NCBI RefSeq assembly: GCF_001194135.2
Contig: NC_068984.1
Span: 84,486,184-84,550,183, forward strand
DNA: 64,000 nt
Reading direction: 5' to 3'
DNA from: Octopus bimaculoides
Lineage: Eukaryota
This document shows, piece after piece, positions 26,081 through 37,982 of this stretch. Position 1 is the first letter of the stretch, and each line of letters begins with the position of its first letter. Below the pieces are notes generated by a model, which had not been told where the DNA came from, ran no database searches, and saw only the letters and a list, made by a program, of their open reading frames with translations. The position numbers and the translations under genes were made by a program.

Positions 26081-26724
26081 AATGAATAGAAAATGGAGAT
26101 TTATAATAACTGGCAATTTAAAATTTAAAATTTATTAGCTCAGCCTGGTGTTGCCATCCGGTTTCACCAGTCCTCAGTCAAATCGTCCAACCCATGCTAG
26201 CATGGAAAGCGGACGTTAAACGATGATGATGATAATGATGATGAATAGTATATTGTATTATATTCTTATTCTTATAATAATATAATACAATGAATAGAAA
26301 AACTATTAGTTCTAAATCTCTGAGGGAGAAACATGCCCTAGAGTAAACTTTACAATATAAGTAATACATATTAAATATGGTAGAATCACATAGAGAGAGA
26401 GGTGAGCGCAGAGTGGTTGAATAGCTCAGAAGTTTGCTTTTTAACCATGAGGTCTGAGTTTGATCTCATTGCGTGACTTCTTGGGGCAAGTGTCATTTTC
26501 TATAATCTCGGGTCAACACACATCTTGTGAATGAAACTGTAAAAAGAAATTTTATAGAAACTTGTCAGACAGATTGTACCTGTAATTCTAAGATACAGTC
26601 TTGTCATATATTACGTCAGGCTGATTCTGTCAGAGAATTATGTTAGGGCGACACTTATTCGTGGAATTCTCGGCCACTGACAACTCAATGACTGAAAAGA
26701 ACACACACTGTCAAAACTGAGGAG

Positions 26725-27035
26725 CATTCAGAGTGAGAGACAAAGGGAGGAAGACAAAAATAGGAAGGCGAAAGGGTGGGAGAGAAAAAAAGGGAGGGAG
26801 GAGAAAGGGAGGGAGAGAAAAAGTGAAGGAGAAGAAAAAAATCGAGAGAGAAAAACGGACGGAGAAGAAGAAGGGAGGAGAGAAAAGGGAAGGAGGAAAT
26901 AGGGAGGAAGAGAGAGAGAGCAATAGTAAGGTTTATATATGTGTTCATACATCTCTCCTATTGTGAGTGTGTGTGAGAGAGAGAGAGAGAGAAAGAGAGA
27001 GGGAGAGAAAGAGAGAGAGAGGGAGAGAGAGAGAG
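26725..27035 (+). repeat. Polypurine/(GA)n tract upstream of the ERMP1 promoter
   Basis: A/G-dominated on the + strand, ending in (GA)n. Confidence 0.85.
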
Positions 27036-27049
27036 CATGTATGTAAAAG

Positions 27050-27614
27050 AGTAAGCTAGTGTCTCGTATAACTCACTGTAAAGAAAACTTCTAAAATCTC
27101 GCGTTAACTAGGCGAGAGTTACGAGTGGTGCAGTGAACCATCAAACACAGCACTGCTTCCGTCATCGCCGCTATGTGCCTGACTGAAAACATTGTAGTTG
27201 TTGTTTGTCTTACATGCTGTTAACATCGATAGTTATACTACAATTGTTGTCAGACAGACGAGCTTGTAAGTCACATGTCTCACCGAGAAGCACATTACTG
27301 TTTATCTTATGATAAATCTTCCTCATTTAACTTGTTAAATGAGTAAAGTTTTCCCTTTTTCCCTACACCTTCTCATCTTTCCTGTCGCTTCATCCCCTCC
27401 ATCTCTCTTCATCTGTATATAATATATGATGATCACTCGGTCTCGGTCACTTTTTTCTGTTATTTTGTATCGATGTCATATTAACTTGTAAACCCCAAAA
27501 CTGCAGGCTGTGATATATATAAGCAAGCAACCACTTCGGAGACTGTTGTTTAAAACTGAAAAGAGGTGTGAGGAAAAGTAGAAAAAAAAAAAAAAAGAAC
27601 TGGGAAAACATTAG
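27050..27614 (+). promoter_or_regulatory. Putative ERMP1 promoter and 5' UTR
   Basis: Unique, CpG-retaining sequence directly upstream of the ATG; contains TCTCGCG, CTTCCG (ETS-like) and CGTCA (CRE half-site) motifs. Confidence 0.55.
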
Positions 27615-28212
27615 ATGGATTCTGTCCGTCAGCGTCGTCTTGCGGACACCGACTTTTTGTCGACACCATCTCGTCCCGATACAAAGACCAGCAACAACGA
27701 TGCCTCTTCAATATCGTCTCAAAAAATCTCAAAGCAAAACCAACTCAAAAACATTCCTGGCAGCGTATTATGGACTGTTGTAGTTGTCTTTCACGTCAGT
27801 CTGTTTTTGTTTGTTATTCATCGTACAGCTACTTTACCTCTGCCCAAAAAAACGTCTAGCAGCCAGAACGATGTATTCGAGGAGGAGACTGCTCGCAAAC
27901 ACCTGGATGCTATTACCGGTTTTGGCCAGCGGCCCGTGGGAAGCTACGCTAACGAGAACCTGGTCAAACGTTACATCCTGAACGAACTGCAAAAGATCCA
28001 GCAGCAGTCTTTGACCAATCTCCATACTATACAAATTGACGAGCAAAATGTTAGCGGTCAGTTTTCTTTGCACCTGAAAAGCAACTTTCTCACTGTCTAC
28101 AGAAACATCAAGAATATCGTGGCGAAACTTGACCCAGTCTCCGAGTTCAAGGATGCGAGTAAACACAGTGTTTTGGTCAACTGTCATTATGACAGTGTTG
28201 TTGGGAGTCCTG
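27615..28212 (+). CDS. ERMP1: Endoplasmic reticulum metallopeptidase 1-like (peptidase M28), first coding exon
   Basis: ATG at 27615 preceded by an in-frame TAG. The 199 codons give an N-terminal RQRR motif, a TM helix (SVLWTVVVVFHVSLFLFVIH), then FEEETARKHLDAITGFGQRPVGS, NIVAKL and VLVNCHYDSVVGSPG, the M28/ERMP1 motif with the first Zn-ligand His. Phase-1 donor G|GTTAGT at 28212/28213 just before the expected ASDD. Confidence 0.92.
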
Positions 28213-30277
28213 GTTAGTATTTGTTTCTTTCTTTCATTTTTTCGCAGTTAATCCCTACTTCCCCAACAAAATCACAACAATTTCTATTATTGGCACAAAG
28301 CTACGAATTTTGTAGGAGAGTGTAGTCAATTAAATCGTCCCTTGTACTTGACTGTTATTTTATCTACTCCAGAAAGGCTAAGTTGACCTCTGCAGGATTT
28401 GAACTCGGAATCTAAAGAAAGGGTCGTAATTAATTTTTTTTTTATTGCCACAGAGGTGATAGATGAGAGGACATTACAAGGACACATACACATAGAAATA
28501 AAACAGAGTCGGAGAGGTTTACTAATCGGTTATATATATATGTTTGAAAAAAATATATATATGTTTGAAAAACAAACCATTCAAATAATAGTCTATGATT
28601 TTCCCGGTTGGTTTCACACATTTAAGAAAACACATTTACAGTGTAAATGCATGGATGTTGTATTCTATTTACCCGTAAATAAAAAAAAATCCAAGTTCCA
28701 AATCAGCACCCCCAAACAGACATAATCAAAGTTCTTAACATGATTATCTTGTTGGATTGGCAGAATCGTTGGAGCATCGGAATTTGTTTCATCGAGGTCA
28801 ACCTTGCCCTTCATCTGTTCGGGGTTGATACAGTACCAGTTAATTTCTGAGTTGATTTATATTCCTATATTGTTTTCACTATGTGAATGGAATTATAATA
28901 GAGAAATCTGCTTTTGACCTAGAGTTAAGTATCTATCACGCACTAGGGTTCATTTATAGTCCTATAATGCATCTCGATATGAATGGAATTGTTATGGAAG
29001 ATCATCCTTCATTTGGGTACACTATGTTTGGAAAACATATTGTGTCCAGGATGACGTCTAATTCCTTTTTCTTTTTTGAAAGACAGTAAGGTGTGATCTA
29101 GATTTGGCTGCTATTTCTTACAGGCTGGCTTGAAATGTGAGCTCCTGTAATCACATTCAGTAAGTGCACCTATGTGCGGACACCTTCAGTACGAAGGCGG
29201 TGAACCTGCAGTGTTCGCTGAGACTGCTTATTACTTCCTTCATTAAAAATATGACTCAAATTAATTGTTTTCATAATTCTCCTCCTTGTGGTTGGGTGGG
29301 GAATAATGTAGTCACATCTGTTTTCAGTTATTTTTAATTTCTCTTCTTAATTTTATTTTGTAAAGTTTACAGAAGCTGGTTTAAAAATCCAATCCATCAT
29401 TATTTTTAGGGTGTGATAAAATATTTCTTGAAAAGTAGTTCAAATTACATCAGTGTCATCTAAAAAACTCTCGGGCTTTGCTTTACTTACGAATCCCCTT
29501 TTCTCTCTCTCTTTACCCACACACGCACACACACACACACACCGAGAGAGAGAGAGAGAGTTGTTATATTTTGAGTTCAAATCTCGCCAAACTCAACTTT
29601 GTCTTTCATTCTTTAACGTCAAGTGCTGGGGTCGATGTTATCAACTAACTACCCTTTTCCCAGCTGTGCTGAACATTATTAATACTACAAGGGAATGTTT
29701 ATGTTTAATACGCTCCAGTGTATATAATTAATTATTTTTACTTTTAGTGTTGGCTATTCGATACAGAAAGTAGAGTTGTTTAGAATATTTATTCAATGCT
29801 GAAAACTTCACGAAGTAGTTACTTCTTGATTGAATTAACATCAGATTATATTTACATACACACATAGTCTTACTATTTTATTTAGCATCGCAGAAATGTA
29901 ATTCTTCACATTTTTGGGGCGGAAAAAATATTTCTTGAGAAGTGGGACGATAAGTATATGTGTGCATAATGTATAGTGTATATTTTGAATGCATACACAA
30001 AATGAAAACTTCTCTTCAAAAGGTTTGTGGCATTCTGTTTTCCAAAGAATTTTTTTAAAACGGTTATTAAGTAAAAAAAACCCAAAAAACAAACTAATAG
30101 TTAATAACTTTTAAGGAAATATTTCGTGAAATATCAAGACTGTATCAAGTATTTTTTGCAGAAACACTCATACGAGGCGTGGCTGTGTGGTAAAAAGTTT
30201 GCTTTCTAACCATATGGTTCTGGGTTCAAAGCCTTGTGAATGGATTTGGTATATGGAAACTGAAAGAAGCCTGTAGG

Positions 30278-31038
30278 ACCTAAGAAGCATCAGATGTGGT
30301 GTGCAAGAGAGACGACTGCGCTGGTGTGGTCATGTGGCGAGAATGGATGAAGATAGCTGTGTGAAAAAGTGCCACACCCTAGCGGTTAAGGGAATCTGTG
30401 GAAGAGGTAGACATGGGATGAGGTGGTGAAGCATGACTTTCGAATATTAGGCCTCACCAAGGCAATGACTAGTGACCGTNNNNNNNNNNGTGAGACCATA
30501 ACCCGTGGCTTATGCCAAGGGTGTAATCAGCCCACTTATGCGTACCTTTCCTTCATTGGACACTAAACTCTGCTTGCAAAGACCTGTTGAGGCAAGTGAA
30601 ATCGAAATCAAATGAAATTCGCAAATTCGATGACTGGAACTTGTGCCAGTGGAGCGCTAAGAGCTGACTGAATTCCATGCCAGTGGCACGTAAAAAGCAC
30701 CATTTGAGTGTGATCGTTACCAGTGCCGGTGGCACATGAAAAAACATTTGAGCAAGGTCGTTGCCAGTGCCGCTGGACTGGCTCCTGTGTAGGTGGCACG
30801 TAAAAAGCACCACTTGAGCGTGGCCATTGCCAGTACTGCCTGACTTGCCCTCGTGCTGGTGGCATGTAAAAGCACCCACTACACTCTTGAAGTGGTTGGT
30901 GTTAGGAAGGGCATCCAGCTATAGAAACTCTGCCAGATCAGATTGGAGCCTGGTGCAGCCATCTGGTTCGCCAGTCCTCTGTCAAATCGTCCAACCCATG
31001 CTAGCATGGAAAGTGGCTGTTAAACGATGATGATGATG
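30278..31038 (+). mobile_element. RTE LINE 3' end (last RT codons, 3' UTR with internal subrepeats, (GAT)n tail)
   Basis: RCGVQERRLRWCGHVARMDEDSCVKKCH; ends GTTAAACGATGATGATGATG. Confidence 0.9.
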
Positions 31039-31124
31039 ACATGCACACCAGAGTAAACACATAAATGTGAAAGAAGGTGAGGAAAAATAGTATTCAAATG
31101 CCAGAGGTAGAGTAATATGCTTTA

Positions 31125-31273
31125 TTATTAAAGTTGCAAAAATATCACAAAAAACTGCTACTCAGAGTTTCACGTTATTGTTTGTTGGACAATTTTGAAA
31201 TCAAAACTGCCTGACGAATGGGAACATGAGACTCTGAGTAGCAATTTTTATGATGTTTTTGCAGCTTTAATAA
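31125..31273. repeat. Diverged fold-back palindrome (~72-bp arms, 4-nt loop)
   Basis: TTATTAAAGTTGCAAAAATATCAC...GCTACTCAGAGT...TTTTG-AAAT-CAAAA...ACTCTGAGTAGC...GCAGCTTTAATAA. Confidence 0.8.
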
Positions 31274-31297
31274 ACAAAGTATATATATATATATATT

Positions 31298-31701
31298 TGG
31301 CTGTGTGGTAAGTAGTTTGCTTCCCAACCACATGGTTCTGGGTTCAGTCCCACAGCGTGGCACCTTGGGCAAGTGTCTTCTACTATAGCCTCGGGCCGAC
31401 CAAAGCCTTGTGAGTGGATTTGGTAGACGGAAACTGAAAGAAGCCTGTCGTATATATGTATATATGTATTTGTGTGTATATGTTTGTGTGTCTGTGTTTG
31501 TTCCCCCAACATCGCTTGACAACCGATGGTGGTGTGTTTACATCCCCGTAACTTAGCGGTTCGGCAAAAGAGACCGATAGAATAAGTACTAGGCATCCAA
31601 AGAATAAGTCCTGGGGTCGATTTGCTCGACTAAAGGCGGTGCTCCAGCATGGCCACAGTCAAATGACTGAAACAAGTAAAAGAGTAAAAGAATAAAAAAA
31701 A
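31298..31701 (+). mobile_element. SINE family A, young near-full-length copy
   Basis: A-box TGGCTGTGTGGT, B-box GGGTTCAGTCCC, internal (TA/TG)n, 3' GAAACAAGTAAAAGAGTAAAAG tail; dozens of decayed relatives across the window. Confidence 0.92.
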
Positions 31702-31748
31702 NNNNNNNNNNNNNNNNNNNNNNNNNNNNNNNNNNNNNNNNNNNNNNN

Positions 31749-31786
<38 letters not shown>

Positions 31787-32029
31787 TAAAGAAATAAACT
31801 GTAACATCGGATGGGAGTTAAAAGAAATTTAATATAAAATGCACCATATGTAGAAACCAGCCTTGGAAATTTGGTATCTGCCTGGATATTATATCCTTCC
31901 TCTTACTAAATATATATGTGTGTGTGTGTGTGAGTCTGTGTTTGTCCCCACCACCAGTTGACAACTGGTGCTGGGTTGTTTATGACCCTGTAACTTAGCG
32001 GACCCTCTCCACCATACTGACATGATCCA

Positions 32030-33085
32030 AGCAATATTAAAAAATTTCTCAACAATGTAGTTACTGTCATTAGAAACAACATTAGAAACAACATTTTGTT
32101 ATTCCCCTGTGAAAAAATCATGATCTTTTGAAGAAAATGTTAAAAAGCAAGTGCTGTATCAACCTCTTGATTACTTGGGAATCTTTTTCCACTGATACAG
32201 CATTCAAATGATCAGAATAAATGAAAATCTGGTGGAACCAAATCTGATAAGTAGGGAGAGTGGGGTAACTCTTCCCAGGCCCAAAACTACTTCTTGGGTT
32301 TGTTTTGCAAAATGTGGCCTTACATTATTGTGTTGCAAAATGACTTCTTTTTCTGTTCAGCAGAGCAGGATACTTTCTACACAAAACTTTATTCACACAG
32401 TCAAGTTGTTGACGATAAAGTTCAGCAGTAACAGCTTTTCCTCGTTCCAATAGCTCATAGTGAATCTATCCCTGTTATTCCACCAAATACAGGGCATTAC
32501 TTTCTTTTGGTGTAATGCTGGCTTGGGTGTTGGAACTGGAGTATCATTCTTTGGGAGCCACTGTTTCCTATGTTTATTAATTACAAAAACAATCCATTTC
32601 TCATCTCTGGTAACAATTTGATCACAACAAGGTGATTTTTCATTCGTGATCAGTAAACTATTGCAAATTAAATGTAAAGCCTTATTGTCTTCTGAGAGTT
32701 CATGAGGCATCCAAATCCCTCCTAAACACCTTTCCAAGTTTCTTAAGATATTCCTGTACGGTGGACCAAGTTGTATTAAGTCTCTGGGACAATGCTTTGA
32801 TACTAAAATTTACCCATCAGGATAAGCTGCATATGTTTTTGTTGCATTGATGCATTTATGGAAGTCAAGCAGCATAAAATGCTGAATATGACCTTTATTG
32901 AATTCTTGTTCATCCAAGGGTTTTCTGAAATAGAGAAAAATCAAATTATGACTTTAGTCAACAAGAACAACAGTTCGACTGATGCTTAGACAGGTATTTG
33001 ACCTTGAAGAAAAGTAACTGTTTTTGTTTTCATCATATTTAAGTTATCTTCTTATATATGCAATGTTACTTTCTGGTACCCCTAA
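32030..33085 (-). mobile_element. Mariner (Mos1/Hsmar-like) transposon remnant
   Basis: ORF 32393-32737 has GIWMPHEL, IVTRDEKW and HQKKVMPCIWW; downstream PHSPYLSDLVPPDFHLF (YSPDL-like); 5' TIR-like TTAGGGGTACCAGAAAGTAA next to TA at ~33086. Confidence 0.88.
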
Positions 33086-33399
33086 TATATANNNNNNNNN
33101 NATATATATATATATATAAATTGTATGTTTCACTTACCCTGTCAGGCAGCATATTGAGACTAAATTCAGGTGCCGACAGTGCTTTCTTAATCAAGCAATG
33201 ACCAAAAGATATCTAGTTATATACTATGCATAGTGTGTGTGTGCGTGTGTATATTTATTATTAACTGTTCATAGGGTTAAATTTGTATGCCTCCTTTTCT
33301 CAGAAATAACTTGATGTATTGGTGAACAGTCAACAGTGTTGGAGAGCATAAAGATTGTAGCTGAGAAAAAGTTAGATGACATGGAGGATTGGAAGCTAT

Positions 33400-34860
33400 C
33401 TGTATATTGGAAAACAGTTACCTGTATCATGATGATTTGTGACAGATGTTAAAATGCCAACATCATGGCTGCTGCTCAGTGCTCTATAAACACTGTAAAG
33501 ACTGCAAGACATGACATGGACAGCTGCAATGGAGACTACGAAGCCTTGGCCAGCAGGAAGGGACACAGTAGCCCTTCTGATTGTGTCTGCTTGCTGGAAT
33601 TCATCTAACAACTGATGAACAGAGCCTTGGGCTCAATTCAGACGGTTATGTGAAGCTGCTGGAAACTGGCCAAACCCTGCCTGGAGAGGGTTGCTGCAGG
33701 AAGGCCATATACGAGGTGATATCAAAAAGTTGCTGGACTAGTTATGTTTAATAAAAAATAACTTATTTACCTAAGTTTAACATCATCTCCTTTGAAATAG
33801 TCACCTTGGGCAGCAATACACGGGTCATTTACTGCCACTTTTGGAGTCCAATCTGGAAGTTGTTTCCTGTAAGTGAGTCAAGGACCTTCTACCATTCACT
33901 CTTGGTCTCAACAAGGTGTTAAAGTAGTGACCTTTGAGCTGCATTTTCATCTTGGAGAAGAGATGGACGCCTGCAGATGCTAAATCTGGTGAGTAGGGTG
34001 GGCACAAGTGATACTAGATTCTTTTTGGTGAGAAACTCACAAGTGAGAAGAGCTCGTTAATAGGGTGCATTGTTATCGTGAAGAATCTAGACACTAGGAT
34101 GGCCTGCATGGACCCATATGACAGACCAACAACATCAGCAATGTTGTTGATTGTCCTCTGACAATCCTCATACACAAGCTGATGGCACTCATGGCAGGTC
34201 TTCCAGATTGCTCATCATCTTCCAGGGGCTTTCTTCCACTTTTGAAGCACTTGTGTCACTCGAAACGTCATGTATGACCCTTTGTCTTGTTGTTGTAAGC
34301 TTGCTGAAGCATGCTCAATGTCTCTGTAGCAGACTTCCCAAGTTTAACACAGAATTTCAAATTGGCTCTTTGTTCCAACTTGCAGGTCGTGACAAAATCA
34401 CAGACTACAGCAAACACATGATCACAAAAACACAAATTTTACAACTTGCGAAGTAAATGTAGCAATGTCACTTGGCACACTGCCTCATGATGATGATCAC
34501 TGCTAGCTCTCACTGAATATGCTACCGTGTGCTGCCATCTGTTAGCATGCTACAAAACTAGTCAGAACTTTTTGATACCACCTTGTATGTGGCAGCAGGA
34601 TATGGCTCCTTGTTATATCTTTGGAAAATGTCAGAAGTGGCTGTTGAAGAATTTCTATGATGTCATCACCCCCAATTGCTGGTCTCTTAATTATCCCTAT
34701 TGTAATTCCATGGATTACTATGTGTGGGGTGCAGTTGAGAAAGATACCGACTGCAGAGGTTTTTGAAGTTCTTCCCAGAGACACAGTGAGGAATGCATGC
34801 ATCAGGTTTCAGAGCTGTTATGAGGCCACAGTGGAAGCTGAGAGTGGCCACTTTAAGTAA
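33400..34860 (+). mobile_element. maT/Tc1-like transposase remnant, internally deleted and split by a nested mariner
   Basis: Left part IMAAAQCSINTVKT...LNSDGYVKLLE...ERVAAGRPY; right part MWQQDMAPC...NSMDYYVWGAVEKD...RNACIRFQSCYEATVEAESGHFK*. Confidence 0.85.
33712..34585 (-). mobile_element. Internally deleted mariner element with TIRs and TA TSD
   Basis: TIRs CGAGGTGATATCAAAAAGTT and AACTTTTTGATACCACCTTG; TA at 33710-33711 and 34586-34587; ORF 33825-34007 carries PPYSPDL. Confidence 0.9.
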
Positions 34861-34893
34861 ACTGTTATCTCCCAGCCATAATCTAGTTGATAT

Positions 34894-35135
34894 TCTTTTA
34901 CTCTTTTACTCTTTTACTTGTTTCAGTCATTTGACTGCGGCTATGCTGGAGCACCGCCTTTAGTCGAGCAAATCGACCCCAGAACTTATTCTTTGTAAGC
35001 CTAGTACTTATTCTGTCGGTTTCTTTTGCCGAACCGCTAAGTTATGGGGACGTAAACACACCAGCATCGGTTGTCAAGCGATGTTGGGGGGACAAACACG
35101 GACACAAAAACACACACACACACATATATATATAT

Positions 35136-35170
<35 letters not shown>

Positions 35171-35211
35171 CGACGGGCTTCTTTCAGTTTCCGTCTACGA
35201 AATCCACTCAC
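34894..35211 (-). mobile_element. SINE family A, young copy (head lost in gap)
   Basis: High-identity reverse complement of ~31410-31695. Confidence 0.9.
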
Positions 35212-35545
35212 NNNNNNNNNNNNNNNNNNNNNNNNNNNNNNNNNNNNNNNNNNNNNNNNNNNNNNNNNNNNNNNNNNNNNNNNNNNNNNNNNNNNNNNNN
35301 NNNNNNNNNNNNNNNNNNNNNNNNNNNNNNNNNNNNNNNNNNNNNNNNNNNNNNNNNNNNNNNNNNNNNNNNNNNNNNNNNNNNNNNNNNNNNNNNNNNN
35401 NNNNNNNNNNNNNNNNNNNNNNNNNNNNNNNNNNNNNNNNNNNNNNNNNNNNNNNNNNNNNNNNNNNNNNNNNNNNNNNNNNNNNNNNNNNNNNNNNNNN
35501 NNNNNNNNNNNNNNNNNNNNNNNNNNNNNNNNNNNNNNNNNNNNN

Positions 35546-35606
<61 letters not shown>

Positions 35607-36198
35607 GTGCTATGTAAAAAGAACCTAGTGCATTCTATACAGTGATTAGCTTTAGGAAGGGCATCCAGCTGTAGAAACCAAGTCAAAAACAGACTATGGA
35701 AGCTGGTATGGCCCTTGGCCTTGCCACCTCTTGTGAAGCCATCCAATTCATAACTGCATGGAAATTAGACGATGACAACGGTGATGACACTCACACACCT
35801 CTTGTATACGCATCATTCCTTTATCTATTTGTATGTGCAGCTTTACATATAAACACACACCTTACGCCTACTTTTGGGGTTTAGTTCACAGGTGATCTAA
35901 ACGATTAGGTACACCAGGTAAGTGCTATAGCGGATTACTAGGGCTCCAAGGTTGTAGCCGAGATGGTAGTTATGGAGCCATTGCAGATTTCTGATATAGC
36001 AGATATATAATTGTTGAAGAGGACAACAAATGTTAAGGCACGGCAAACATCTCAAGTCATATACATTATTATTGTTGGAACACAACGCAACGCTTGGTCT
36101 GGGAATCAAACCTACAATCTTGCAGTTGTGAGTGCAACACTCTAACCACCATGCACCTTCACTATGTATATATATATATATATATATATGTATACATA

Positions 36199-36407
36199 CA
36201 AGGGGTGCTGAAAAGTTTGGGTAAGAGAAAATACAGGAGGATCAGTTAGTTATGATTTTATTCAACATATTCCCCTCTCAGGTTCACACACTTATTGCAA
36301 CAGTCCTTCAGTTTTTCTTAGCCCTGTAAAAGAACTCGGTTAGGTTGGGCCTCCAACTGGGCCTTTTGCAATATCCTTAGAGCCAGGAACTTTTCAGCAC
36401 CTCCTTG
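36199..36407 (-). mobile_element. Mariner-derived MITE
   Basis: TIR CAAGGGGTGCTGAAAAGTT / AACTTTTCAGCACCTCCTTG with TA flanks; the interior resembles the end of a mariner transposase; sister copy at 59482-59694. Confidence 0.85.
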
Positions 36408-37704
36408 TATATATATCATCATCATCATCAACATCCGTTGTTCATGCTGGCATGATATATATTTATTTTGTGTGTATGTGTAAATACGTATACTTATATA
36501 TATTTGAAGGTATGTGTACAATATATATGTATATAATTACAGTGTACTAATAGTGTTTGTATAGCTGCATATGCATTATGATTCAGCATATATTAACAGT
36601 GGTTAGGTCCTGCATAAATTATTACTATTTACCCAGTGAACATGAGTCAGAAAGGGTTTAAACAACTTCTCAGTAATATCATTTTAAAGTTTTCTAATAA
36701 AACGTTTCATGCTTGATTTACTTCAGTTTCTTTAAACTTTCTAAATTTGACCAAAAAAGATTTATCTACCCTGATCAAAGCAAATTTTTTGCATTTTTAT
36801 CACTATGTGCAATTGTTCGGGCAACAAAACAGTTCTTTTTCATTGAACAATTACATCAAATATGCTGAGTGATGACAGTGAATCATCAGCTTCTCCAAGT
36901 ATATAAATAAGTATTTAACTATCGAGTTAAGAAGTTCTCTTCTTGACTATGTAGTTTTGTGTTCAGCCCCACTGTATTGCACCTTGAACTCAGAACGTAA
37001 AGACAGACGAAATACCGCTTCTAAAATATAAAATTTTGTCAAAAACTTTAAAACCCTGTTCTATGTGACCACATTCTACCAGTATTGGAAGTTTGAAAGT
37101 GTTTAGTTAAAAAAGATTAATTAAATAATCTGTACGTCAAAGTTGACCGCGGTGAAATTTGAACTCAAAATGTAAAGACAGACAAAATACCATTAAGTAT
37201 TTTGCCCTGCATGCTAACGCTTATGCCAGCTCGCTGATTAGAATGTAACCATTCATTTTAGGAATATATTCTTTATTCTTATTGCTTAAGCGTTACTCCC
37301 TTTCTTGAAATTTTGTAACATTTTACCTCATAACTGTTTTTTTACTAATTTTTGTTCAATGCGACTAGTGATTCTGAATTCCTCATGTATTTTTCTATCA
37401 TTTAAGTCTAAGAAAGGTATACTTTTATTTTAAAATTAAAAAAATTTATGTTAATTAAAGATGAATATCTGCCTCACTGTCCACCTTGAGGTTGCAGATA
37501 TTTTGATGTAACTTTTTTTCTACTGAACCAAATCTCAAACTATTTATGCCAAAGTGTAGCTGAGGAGGTATCCTCTTTAAAACAATTAACGGTTTGCAAT
37601 TTAGTTGAGAACTGAATTACTGATGAAGCTTGGAAGCTGCAGTGATTGACGAAATAGTGGATTTAAGAATATATTCAACCACTACCATAGTGGAATAATA
37701 TATA

Positions 37705-37935
37705 TATTTCTTTATTGCCCACAAGGGGCTAAACGTAGAGGGGACAAACAAGGACAGACAAAGGGATTAAGTCGATAACATCGACCCCAGTGCATAACTG
37801 GTACTTTATTTATCGACCCCGAAAGGATGAAAGGCAGAGTTGACCTTGGCGGAATTTGAACTCAGAACGTAACAGCAGACGAAATAACACTAAGCATTTT
37901 GCCCGGGACACTAACGTTTCTGCCAGCTCGACGCC
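37705..37935 (-). mobile_element. SINE family C, near full length
   Basis: Minus strand GGCGTCGAGCTGGCAGAA...GAGTTCAAATTCCGCC (B-box)...GCCTTTCATCCTTTCGGGGTCGAT...GGGCAATAAAGAAATA. Many relatives, e.g. ~38380-38600, 45670-45900, 58935-59130 and 60790-60970. Confidence 0.88.
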
Positions 37936-37938
37936 TTT

Positions 37939-37982
<44 letters not shown>

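Noticed and set aside
37620-37654. CTGATGA...GAAA hammerhead-like core
   Set aside because: Stem II does not close next to GAAA and no stems I/III are evident; at best a decayed relic.
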